Positions 9,096 to 18,963 of a stretch of DNA of 41,992 bases are shown in pieces. Every line of letters starts with the position of its first letter. Position 1 is the first letter of the stretch. The translations under genes and the position numbers were made by a program. The DNA comes from Planctomycetota bacterium (GTDB lineage: Bacteria; Planctomycetota; Planctomycetia; JALXBF01). The notes under the pieces were generated by a model. The model was not told the origin of the DNA. It saw only the letters and a program-made list of their open reading frames with translations, and ran no database searches. The stretch lies in the NCBI GenBank assembly GCA_026991575.1, contig JALXBF010000153.1, positions 1-41,992 on the forward strand, written 5' to 3'.

Positions 9096-10349
9096 ATGGG
9101 TAAGCTGAAGGTCAAGAACACGGTCGTGGAGCTCAAAGGCGATGAGATGACCAGGATCATCTGGGAGTGGATCAAGGAGAAGCTCCTCTTCCCCTATCTG
9201 GAGATTCCCTTGGAGGTCTACGACCTTTCCATTCAGCACCGGGACGAAACCGATGACCAGGTGACGATCGAGGCGGCCAAGGCGATCGCCCGGCACAAGG
9301 TCGGCGTCAAGTGCGCGACGATTACGCCTGATGAGGCGCGCGTCAAAGAGTTCAATCTCAAGCGCATGTACCCATCGCCCAACGGTACGATCCGGAATTA
9401 CCTAGGAGGCACGATCTTTCGTGCTCCGATTATCATCCGTAACATCCCGCGACTTGTCCCGGCATGGAAGGAACCGATCATCGTCGCACGTCATGCCTAC
9501 GGCGACCAGTACAAGGCAACCGATGTCGTCATTCCGGGGCCAGGGACCGTAAAGCTGGTCTACGAGCCAGCCGGCGGCGAGCGCCAGGAGTGGACCGTAC
9601 ATGAGTTTGACGGGCCCGGAGTGACTATGGGTATGTTCAACACGGATAAGTCGATCAGAGACTTTGCCACGGCTGTGTTCCGATACGGACTCATGGAAAA
9701 ATATCCGGTCGTGCATACGACCAAGAACACGATCCTGAAACGCTACGACGGCCGCTTTAAGGACATCTTCCAGGAGGTGTACGACAAGGAGTTCGCTGAC
9801 GAATTCAAGAAGAACGGTCTGTGGTACGAGCATCGGCTGATCGACGACATGGTGGCCCAGGTGCTGAAGTGGGAAGGGGGGTTCATCTGGGCGTGCAAGA
9901 ACTACGACGGTGACGTTATGAGCGACCTGGTCGCTCAGGGCTTCGGATCGCTGGGCCTGATGACATCGGTGCTGCTCTGCCCCGACGGCGAAACGCTCGA
10001 AGCCGAAGCGGCCCACGGCACGGTCACGCGTCACTATCGGCTGTACCAGCAGGGCAAGAAAACGAGCACCAATCCGATTGCCAGCATCTTTGCCTGGACG
10101 CGCGGTCTGGCACACCGCGCCCGACTGGACGGCACGCCGGAAATCGCGCAGTTCGCACAGCTTCTTGAAGAGGCTTGCGTCGAAACGGTGGAAGCGGGCA
10201 AGATGACCAAGGATCTGGCTCGGAGCGTCTACAACACGCTGGACCCGCCCGAAGACACCTGGCTCGATACCGAGACCTTCCTCGACGAAATCCACCGAAC
10301 GCTCGATAAGAAGCTTCGCGTCGCCGGCCTGATCAAGCAGGATGACTGA
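9096..10349 (+). CDS. icd: NADP-dependent isocitrate dehydrogenase (type II, eukaryote-like homodimer)
   Basis: [52 protein letters not shown] (RH NADP determinants); GGAGG SD. Confidence 0.96.
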   Translation: MGKLKVKNTVVELKGDEMTRIIWEWIKEKLLFPYLEIPLEVYDLSIQHRDETDDQVTIEAAKAIARHKVGVKCATITPDEARVKEFNLKRMYPSPNGTIRNYLGGTIFRAPIIIRNIPRLVPAWKEPIIVARHAYGDQYKATDVVIPGPGTVKLVYEPAGGERQEWTVHEFDGPGVTMGMFNTDKSIRDFATAVFRYGLMEKYPVVHTTKNTILKRYDGRFKDIFQEVYDKEFADEFKKNGLWYEHRLIDDMVAQVLKWEGGFIWACKNYDGDVMSDLVAQGFGSLGLMTSVLLCPDGETLEAEAAHGTVTRHYRLYQQGKKTSTNPIASIFAWTRGLAHRARLDGTPEIAQFAQLLEEACVETVEAGKMTKDLARSVYNTLDPPEDTWLDTETFLDEIHRTLDKKLRVAGLIKQDD

Positions 10350-10541
10350 GCTGTTCATCGGCCTGGCTGGCAAGTACGTCGCAGGCCGAGCGTGAGCTAT
10401 GTTGCCTCAGCTGCCGGTCACCCGGTGCTCCGGCGCCGTTGGGGATCTGGCTGTGCGGGGCCTGCGCGGCTGTTGGCCGACGGCGTCAGTCCCGTCGGAC
10501 CGTACAGCGGCTCACCTGGATGTCTGGCTGGAGGAGCGACG

Positions 10542-11930
10542 ATGCTCCGCACGCTGGCTTTCTCGATCGTTGCTTGCTGTGTACTGGCCCAGGCCCTGGC
10601 CGCCGCTGGTGGACCGCGACCGAACATCGTCTGGATCATTGCCGACGACGTCGGCTGGAAGGACCTCGGCTGCTATGGCCATCCCACGGTCCGAACGCCC
10701 AATATCGACTGGTTGGCCGACCGCGGCGTGCGGTTTGCTAGCGCCTTTGTGACCTCGCCGCAGTGCAGTCCGAGCCGAACGGCGATGTTCTCGGGCCGCT
10801 TTGCGCACACCGTGGGCGCCGCTGATCTCCACGATCCGGTTCCCGAGTCTGTCAGGATCTTGCCCTTCTACTTGCGCCAGGCGGGGTACTGGACAGGCAA
10901 CGTCGGTAAGCTCCATCTGGGAGGCCATGCGGCTCGCCAGTTCGACGTGGTCCGTGGCTTTGATCGAAATCGAGATCTGACCGGCCAGTGGCGAGCATTT
11001 CTGGACGGGCGCCCCAAGGACAAGCCGTTCTTCCTGGCATTGGGCTTCGTGGAAGCACATCGGCCGTTTACTAAGAAGCCGGCCAGGCCCTATAGCCTGC
11101 GCGATGCCGTCGTACCACCGTACTTGCCCGAGCACGACGACGTGCGCCGTGACCTTGCGGCTTACTACGATGAGATCACCTACATGGATGAGCAGATCGG
11201 CCTGTTTCTGCAGGACCTGCGCGAACGGGGACTTCTTGAGAAGACGATCATCTTTTTCTTCAGCGATAACGGTGCACCGTTTCCCCGAGCTAAGTGCCAT
11301 CTGGCGGACTCTGGTGTCGGAACCCCGCTGGTGGTCTACTGGCCGGGCATGGCACCTGCCGGTCGTGTGCACCGCGGGCTGGTGAGCCTGGTGGACCTTG
11401 CGCCGACGGTACTGGAGATCGCCGGGGTTCAGACCCCGGAGGACTGGTATGGCATCAGCCTGTTGCCCGTGCTGCGCGAGCCGGAACGCGAAGGCTTACG
11501 GGAGGCAGTCTTCATGGAGCGGAACTGGCATGACTATGACGATCATGTGCGTGCGGTACGCACGGAGCGCTACAAGCTAATCGTCCACGCATTTCCTCAG
11601 GAGCCCTGGATGGCACCGTCGGATATCATGCGTTCGCCCACGATGCGCATCATGCTGAAGCTGCGCGAGGAAGTGCAGCTGACCGCTGCCCAGATGATGT
11701 TCTTCCGGGCCCCGCGGCCGCCCGTCGAACTGTACGATCTGGCGGCCGATCCCTGGGAGTTTCGTAACGTGGCCTTTGATCCGGAGTACCGCCAGGTGCG
11801 CCAGCGGCTGGAGCGGTTGCTGGCACGATGGCAAGAGCAGACCAAGGACATCTCGCCCCTGCCCCGTAAACCCGACCGGTTCGACCGTTGGACGGGACAG
11901 CCGCTGACGGCCCCGCCCCGTGGCCGCTAG
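10542..11930 (+). CDS. Secreted formylglycine-dependent sulfatase (sulfamidase/SGSH-like)
   Basis: GGAGGAG SD before ATG 10542; signal peptide; PNIVWIIADD, CSPSR, GKLH, SDNG.PFPRAK, ELYDL..DP.E..NVA. Confidence 0.9.
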   Translation: MLRTLAFSIVACCVLAQALAAAGGPRPNIVWIIADDVGWKDLGCYGHPTVRTPNIDWLADRGVRFASAFVTSPQCSPSRTAMFSGRFAHTVGAADLHDPVPESVRILPFYLRQAGYWTGNVGKLHLGGHAARQFDVVRGFDRNRDLTGQWRAFLDGRPKDKPFFLALGFVEAHRPFTKKPARPYSLRDAVVPPYLPEHDDVRRDLAAYYDEITYMDEQIGLFLQDLRERGLLEKTIIFFFSDNGAPFPRAKCHLADSGVGTPLVVYWPGMAPAGRVHRGLVSLVDLAPTVLEIAGVQTPEDWYGISLLPVLREPEREGLREAVFMERNWHDYDDHVRAVRTERYKLIVHAFPQEPWMAPSDIMRSPTMRIMLKLREEVQLTAAQMMFFRAPRPPVELYDLAADPWEFRNVAFDPEYRQVRQRLERLLARWQEQTKDISPLPRKPDRFDRWTGQPLTAPPRGR

Positions 11931-12127
11931 CTGCACTAGACCAACCCCGCACGCACGCGACCGGCAAGAGAGGCCGGTCATCTCGATCGGCGGTGTTCGC
12001 ACGATGCGCAGCGATCAAGCCTACTGAGTACGCGCCAGCTGAGTACCTGCGGACTCGGGGCAATCAGGCGAGTGGTTCGCCTCGCCGGCATGCACCAACT
12101 CGGATCCCGAAGAGAAGTCAGGGCAAG

Positions 12128-12622
12128 TCAGCGCAGCCGCCACTCATAGCGGGCCTGCTGTCCGAAGTTCTCTTCCACCTCAACCGCGAGGACTTCTGGT
12201 TGGTAGCCGTGGCGTGACCGGAGCATCTCAAGCAATCGGTCGGCAATCCAGCGTGCCAGCATCTCGGCGGTCGTGTTCGGCACGGGCAGGATGACGCAAT
12301 CCTGCTTGGGCACAATCCAACGCCGATCGCCGAACCGCGCGATGACCTCTTCACCTTCCGTGCTCACCTCGATCTGCTGACTCTCCGCAGGCAACAGCAA
12401 TCGGTGGTCGAGTTCGGAGACGATTTCGTGGAGAAGATCCTTTAGGGCGATGAAGTCGAACACGTAGGCGTTCTGCTCAAGGGAACCATGCACTTCGGCC
12501 CGGACACGATAGTTGTGCCCGTGTAGTCGTTCACACTCCCCGGCGCCGTAGGTGATGAAATGGGCGGCCGAGAAGACGGTGTAGTCCTTTGTGACCCGTA
12601 CCGACCAACGTTCCTCTGGCAT
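12128..12622 (-). CDS. 6-pyruvoyl-tetrahydropterin synthase/QueD family protein (CExxHGH motif)
   Basis: FSAAHFI, CERLHGHNY, DFIALK, LDHR, NTTAEMLA, VEVEE. Confidence 0.9.
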   Translation of the reverse strand: MPEERWSVRVTKDYTVFSAAHFITYGAGECERLHGHNYRVRAEVHGSLEQNAYVFDFIALKDLLHEIVSELDHRLLLPAESQQIEVSTEGEEVIARFGDRRWIVPKQDCVILPVPNTTAEMLARWIADRLLEMLRSRHGYQPEVLAVEVEENFGQQARYEWRLR

Positions 12623-12645
12623 AGCCGACCCTCACGTCCGATTCA

Positions 12646-13371
12646 TTACTCGTCGGGGACAGCCGCTATCGTTGGCACACGTTCTTGGCCCACGATCAGG
12701 CCGTCGCGCAGGTAGACGATCCGCTCGGCGTGTGCCGCTACGTCTCGGTTGTGCGTGATGATCACGATCGTGATACCCTGCCGGTGGACCTGGTGGAAAA
12801 TCTCCAGGATTTGCTCAGTGGTACGGCTGTCCAAGTTGCCGGTTGGTTCGTCAGCCAGGATCACGTCGGGTTCTTTGACCAACGCGCGGGCGATCGCGAC
12901 TCGCTGCTGTTCGCCCCCAGAGAGCTGGCCCGGATAGTGGTGCATTCGGTGGGCAAGCCCGACTATTTCCAGCGCAGCGATCCCGCGTCGGCGAGCGTTG
13001 CGCACACCGGCGTACAGCAACGGGAGCGTGACGTTTTCGAGCGCTGTTTCGCGGGGCAGCAGGTTGAACGACTGGAACACGAAGCCAACGCGTTGATTGC
13101 GCAGACAGGCAAGTTCGCGGTCGGTTAGTCGGTCTACGGGCTGGCCGTCGAAGAGGTACTCGCCACTGGTTGCATGATCCAGGCAGCCGAGGATGTGCAG
13201 CAGGGTTGACTTTCCGGAGCCGGATGGACCCATGACGGCCAGAAACTCGCCCCGGGCGACCTGGAGCGTGACACCGCGCAGTGCGTGCACCTCGGTGCTA
13301 CCGGTGTGATAGACCTTGTGCAAGTCGCGTGCGTCGATGATTGGCGTGAGGTTGCGGCGTTGCTCGTTCAC
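12646..13371 (-). CDS. ABC transporter ATP-binding protein, LolD/MacB type
   Basis: Walker [49 protein letters not shown]. Confidence 0.93.
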   Translation of the reverse strand: MNEQRRNLTPIIDARDLHKVYHTGSTEVHALRGVTLQVARGEFLAVMGPSGSGKSTLLHILGCLDHATSGEYLFDGQPVDRLTDRELACLRNQRVGFVFQSFNLLPRETALENVTLPLLYAGVRNARRRGIAALEIVGLAHRMHHYPGQLSGGEQQRVAIARALVKEPDVILADEPTGNLDSRTTEQILEIFHQVHRQGITIVIITHNRDVAAHAERIVYLRDGLIVGQERVPTIAAVPDE

Positions 13372-13423
13372 GCTCGTGTTTCCTGCGGTTGCGCTGCTAT
13401 GGTGCGGTCGGCTACGCGATCCT

Positions 13424-14473
<1,050 letters not shown>

Positions 14474-15319
14474 GGCTTCGGTCCCCTGACGCTATTCCGT
14501 AGCCGGCGGTGGTGGCTGATCGCGCGACCGGCAGCCACCGCTGATCGAGGCTCCCACACATTTGAGTGTACGGCGGCGACCTACCCGTTGATGACTGGCC
14601 TCGCTCCTAGCCGAGAACCCTGCTTGCCGAACTAACCCGTGTGCATAACCGCCCCACGGTCGCGCAGCAACGCACGGCGCGTGAGCGTCTCACTCACGCC
14701 GCGCAACCAATCGAGACGATCGGCGGTACTAAGTTCTCGCTCGGGCAAGACGATCGGGCGTACGGTCCCGTTTGCGCGAGCCGGTCGATCGGGGCCATTG
14801 GGCCTACCGCGATGCTCGCGATGTGCGGGCGTGGCTGCTCGGGCAGGGCCAATTCAGGCTGCCGCGTACCTGACCACGGTGCGCGCCGCAAAGGAACGCA
14901 CGGCGGCGAACCCTCAAGTGAGCCTGACTTGCGGCCCGCTACACCGACCAGACTGGGGCTTGCCCGGGCACTGTCGCGGATGTTCCGGCCGTGGATCGCA
15001 AAGCATTGCCGTCCGGCCATCTGCGGAAGCCGCCCCTTGAGGGCACAGTTCGATTACTTCCGAGGCCGGTCGCCGAGCCGGCCGATCGCTCCAGCGGCGG
15101 CGACGTTGCTTTGCTTGCTGCCCGCCGCACCGAAAGCAGGCAAAGGCGGAGTCGACTCCAGGGGGCGCAGCGAACCGGCGGGGCGGACCATCGCAGTGCG
15201 GATTGCGTTGTTCGACCGCTGCTCCAACGCGAACGCCTCGGCGCGGGTTCGCTTCGGCTACGTTTGAGCGATGGTCTTGCCCGCGTTGCCGGGTTGGTTT
15301 CCGCTGCGTAGGCAGCCGG

Positions 15320-16090
15320 TTTCGGCGGCGTCGAAGGGCCGTTCAACTCGCCGCCTACCGTGAACTGGCGGGAGGCCGGCTTCATGTTCCCCTCCTAGCC
15401 ATCGGAGCAAGCTGCGGCCTCCATGCGGCAATTGCCCGTGGCTGGGGTCCAGGTAAGGGGGGCGTCCCGTACCCCATCTCGCAGATGGATTAGCACTGCC
15501 CGCGCAGACGAGTGCACGGGGCACGGCGCCGACCGCACGACTCTCTCGGCAGGTCACCGCCGTGCGCTCCCCTAGGGTGAAGCTGCGACCCCATGCGCAT
15601 GGCAAACACCATCCCCGAGCCCCTGTTTCCCCCAGCGATGGCGGACCGCTGGCGATCGGTTACGCCGACCATCGCCCTCTTCTCCCCGTTGGCCCGACAA
15701 ACGCTACGGCCTCCCTGTTCTCCCAGGAATGCCGCGACAGGTTCCCCTTCCGTGCCACTGCGTCTCAGACGCAATGCCCACACTTTCCGCAGTGAGTCGC
15801 TCCTCGCAACTCCTCCAGGCAGTGCTCAATGCTTTGGTGTCGCAATGCCTCAGTCGGGCGCAGAATCCGCCACGTCCCATGCACGGGCAGATCATTTCGG
15901 CCACGACCCCGATCTTTCGTCAACGATGCCACCAGCCGCTTGTCGGGGAGCAGTTCGGGAAGCCTGCGGATTGCTCGGGTCGTGGCACGGTCCTGCAACG
16001 TCCCTCAGGCAAACAGCCGACCCGTCGTGTCCCCGGGCGAGTGGGCTGCTCCCGATGTCAGTGGCTTTTACAAGGAGAGCGACGCCTTCG
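15320..16090 (-). mobile_element. Decayed IS remnant (IS1182/IS5-like transposase N-terminus with frameshifts and an internal deletion, plus shared non-coding tail); boundaries approximate
   Basis: Minus-strand fragment LPDKRLVASLTKDRGRGRNDLPVHGTWRIL...LRHQSIEHCLEELR resembles DUF772-type transposase N-termini. It aligns by eye, inverted, with 40960-41880. Confidence 0.75.
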
Positions 16091-16296
16091 TGAGCGTTTG
16101 CGCAGCAGCGTATGTCTGCTACAAGCCCTCTTTGGTCGAAAACCCGTAGTTTTTTGTTCCAGGCCCGCGAGCACGGGCTTCGAACACCACTGAGACAGTC
16201 CTTCTGCACGGAAAACCTTCTCGGTACCGACGCACGGACCCGATCAGCCGGCAGCTTGCAGACATCGCAACTGTCTCTACCCTCGCCCACGGACGG

Positions 16297-16325
16297 TTGA
16301 CGGAGATGTGGTGTCTTGATAAACT
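16297..16325 (+). promoter_or_regulatory. Sigma70-type promoter with extended -10 for the 16.4-18.9 kb cassette
   Basis: TTGACG (16297-16302), 17 nt, TAAACT (16320-16325), with TG at 16317-16318. Confidence 0.7.
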
Positions 16326-16386
16326 GATCGCCGCAGGAGCTGCAGCTCGTGGTTTGTTAGAGGTCAGAATGTGCGGAGGTAATGCT

Positions 16387-16434
16387 ATGAGCAGCAGAGG
16401 TCGTACGCAGACACACACACACATGCATGCATAA
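16387..16434 (+). other. 15-codon uORF, or frameshifted N-terminus, containing (AC)6 and a tandem ATGC
   Basis: GGAGGT (16375-16380), 6 nt, ATG 16387. Encodes MSSRGRTQTHTHMHA*. (AC)6 at 16411-16422. Its stop overlaps the start region of the 16427 ORF. Confidence 0.55.
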
Positions 16435-16813
16435 CCAACCCGCGTCTCAACCAACTCCTTGGCTGAAGCCGCTAGTGGCTGTCGTTGTCGCGTGCGGCTG
16501 GCTTGCAGCTCCGACGTCGCAAGCAGAAGCTGCGTTCATCACGTGTAGCGGCGGATACCGGTACGGCTGCGGCGTCCACTGGTACGGATTGTGGGGACTG
16601 GCCCCTGGAGAGTCCTTCATTGACTTGCGCGGTGAATGGTCACCTGCCGGCGCGAATCAGTGGACGCTTGGTTCCTCGCGTGCTTATGTCAACGGCTACT
16701 GGGAGGCAGCCACTACGTGGTGTGGCTCGGTTGATGTGCGTGGCTATCTGGAGTATCTCACTGTCAGCGGAACGAGGGTACTGATACGGAGTAACGCCGT
16801 AACGATTCCGTAA
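16427..16813 (+). CDS. Small secreted hypothetical protein (Trp/Tyr/Gly-rich, about 93-aa mature part)
   Basis: Hydrophobic segment LVAVVVACGWLAA followed by an AEA cleavage motif. The mature part looks beta-rich and has 3 Cys. It lies between a promoter and the DUF1559 gene. Confidence 0.7.
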   Translation: MHNQPASQPTPWLKPLVAVVVACGWLAAPTSQAEAAFITCSGGYRYGCGVHWYGLWGLAPGESFIDLRGEWSPAGANQWTLGSSRAYVNGYWEAATTWCGSVDVRGYLEYLTVSGTRVLIRSNAVTIP

Positions 16814-16907
16814 CCACGTAAGCTTCGACACTGGCGCTTGCTGCAGCTCCTGCTTCTTCTGGCAAAGCCACTGTCCTGCGCCAAGGCAACTCGTTGGAGC
16901 GTGCGCT

Positions 16908-17933
16908 ATGGAGCACCGCAAACAGTCTGCTCATCGACGAGGTATCACGCTGATCGAGGTTCTTGTTGTGATCGGCGTTCTTGTGATCTTGATCGCGCTG
17001 CTGTTGCCCGCGGTGTTGTGGGGGCGGCGCGCGGCGTTGCGCATGCAGTGCGCGAATCGGCTCCGTCAGATTGGAATAGCTCTGCAAAGCTACGTCTCAG
17101 CACACCAGCGCTTCCCGTACCGGACCGTGATCAGCGGCCTGGGCAGCTTCACCAGCCACAAGGTCTGGTTGCTGCCGTACCTGGAGCGAGCGGATCTGTT
17201 CAACGCTTTCAACACCGTCGTCGGCCACCGTTCTCCTCAGAACAGGACCATTGCTCAGAGCGAAGTTGAGCTGTTCCTCTGCCCGTTTGACAGTGCCGTT
17301 CGAACACACCAGGGATGGTTCAACTACACCGCATGTGTCGGCGACGGAGCCATTCAGGGCTGGCAAGGACAGCCGCCGGAGGCGGTTCTGGGCGAGGGGA
17401 TCTTTCTGACGGCCATCACCAAACAGCAATCCCCGGCGGGCTGCACGGACGGACTGGCCCACACGGCTGCCTACTCGGAAGTCGTGCACGGTGGCGGCGT
17501 CGTGTCGGGCGACCCCACCGGCCCGGGAGCGGCACGCGGGATGCTGGGCGTCGTGTACACGATCGAGGCGACAAACCGGGATCAGGAAAAGCTGGTCGAG
17601 CAGTGCCTGCGGGTCGCGTCCTCTGGTGCGGCTTATCCGTTCAGACCGCGCAACCAGGATTGGACCATGGGCATTAACGATGCCTATAACCACCTGGTGC
17701 CTCCTGGTGTTCCCGCTTGCGAGTTCGCCAGTCCCTCTGGGGGTGCCTCTGGCATGCCCCCTTTCCTGTTGCCCGTTGAGGCCGGACCCTTGCGGGCCAA
17801 CAGCCGACATGGTTCGATCAACGTGCTTTTTGCGGACGGTCACGTGCGTGCGTTTTCGCCTACGGTTGAGAGACAAGTGTGGCGCGCACTGGGTTCGTGC
17901 AAAGGCGGGGAGCCGGTCGATGACGCGCTCTAG
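16908..17933 (+). CDS. DUF1559 prepilin-type N-methylation domain protein with H-X9-DG-like C-terminal motif
   Basis: RRG|ITLIEVLVVIGVLVILIALLLPAV, RMQCANRLRQIGIAL, LLPYLE, FLCP, TDGLAHT...SE, HGSINVLFADGHVR...VWRALGS..GGE. Confidence 0.93.
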   Translation: MEHRKQSAHRRGITLIEVLVVIGVLVILIALLLPAVLWGRRAALRMQCANRLRQIGIALQSYVSAHQRFPYRTVISGLGSFTSHKVWLLPYLERADLFNAFNTVVGHRSPQNRTIAQSEVELFLCPFDSAVRTHQGWFNYTACVGDGAIQGWQGQPPEAVLGEGIFLTAITKQQSPAGCTDGLAHTAAYSEVVHGGGVVSGDPTGPGAARGMLGVVYTIEATNRDQEKLVEQCLRVASSGAAYPFRPRNQDWTMGINDAYNHLVPPGVPACEFASPSGGASGMPPFLLPVEAGPLRANSRHGSINVLFADGHVRAFSPTVERQVWRALGSCKGGEPVDDAL

Positions 17934-18924
17934 CGGAGCACGGCGAGCGCGGCTCGCACGGATCGCCGGGGGCGTAACCCTGATAGGTTCAGCTGTGTGG
18001 ACGCTCGCAGCCGGCGGCTGCGGAGCGAGCGGCCTCTCGGACATCCCGAAGATTCCGGAACCGGTCATCCGCCAGTGGGCCGTCGCGGGGGCGCGAATCC
18101 AGGTCGTAGCGGTAGACCTGCCGGCCGGACCACTGCCCCCCGAACTGGTCGCCCGCGCTCGCGGTAACACGGCCGCGCGGTACCTCTATGCGTTCGAACT
18201 GGAAGAATGCTCCGACGACGGCTTGGCCGGTTTACCTGATGCAGGCGTGCCGTTCGGGCTGATTCTTTCCAGGGCGCGCATCACGGCTGCAGCAGGGCAG
18301 CACATGCGACGCTGGCCGAGTCTGCAACTGCTGTGGCTGGAGACGCGACGGCTGACGCCGCAGGCACTCGCTGCGCTTGCCACCGTGCCGTCGATACGCG
18401 TGCTCGCCATCCGAAGCGAGCTATCCGCGGTGCATCTCGACGTGCTCGATCAGTTTACGCATTTGGAGGGACTCTACCTTGACGGTTCTGTGCGAAACAG
18501 AAACGACCTGGCGCAGCTGCGCTTTCCAGGCGACCTGCGCTACCTGAGCCTCGCGCGCACCGCTGCGGATGACCTGACCTGCTCGATCATTGCACGGCTA
18601 CGCGAGCTGCAAAGGCTGTGGCTCGCTGACACACGCGTCACTGACCGGGGCGTGGCGGCTCTGCGCGCGCTTCGCAAACTCCGCTGGCTCGACCTCAGCC
18701 GAACCGCCATTACGGACCAGGCAACGCTCTACCTTGCCGAGATGACTCAGTTACGCGTGCTCCGGCTAGCTTACACCAGGCTCTCTAACGAGGGGGCTCG
18801 CCGCCTCAGTAAACTGGAGGGCCTCAAACGCTTGGACCTAGTCGGCACTAACGTCACACCAGAAGTGATTCGGCAACTCAAGGCGACGCTTGCCGATTGC
18901 TCCATCGTGACGGACGAACGGTAG
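17920..18924 (+). CDS. Leucine-rich repeat protein, probable lipoprotein
   Basis: ATG 17920 overlaps the end of the DUF1559 gene. Basic N-terminus, hydrophobic stretch, then LAAGGC. About 24-aa LRRs (LQRLWLADTRVTDRGV, LRWLDLSRTAITDQA, LRVLRLAYTRLSNEG, LKRLDLVGTNVTPE). Confidence 0.85.
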   Translation: MTRSSGARRARLARIAGGVTLIGSAVWTLAAGGCGASGLSDIPKIPEPVIRQWAVAGARIQVVAVDLPAGPLPPELVARARGNTAARYLYAFELEECSDDGLAGLPDAGVPFGLILSRARITAAAGQHMRRWPSLQLLWLETRRLTPQALAALATVPSIRVLAIRSELSAVHLDVLDQFTHLEGLYLDGSVRNRNDLAQLRFPGDLRYLSLARTAADDLTCSIIARLRELQRLWLADTRVTDRGVAALRALRKLRWLDLSRTAITDQATLYLAEMTQLRVLRLAYTRLSNEGARRLSKLEGLKRLDLVGTNVTPEVIRQLKATLADCSIVTDER

Positions 18925-18963
18925 ATCGCAATCGCAGGGCGTCGGACCCGCAGGGCAAGGGGG

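Noticed and set aside
14892..14905. GGAACGCACGGCGG match to the IS tail near 41619 as a fourth copy
   Set aside because: The flanks do not align, and a 14-nt GC-rich match alone is insufficient.
14641..15267. 208-aa ORF and overlapping ORFs as real genes
   Set aside because: No SD, no motifs, and composition typical of chance ORFs in GC-rich DNA.
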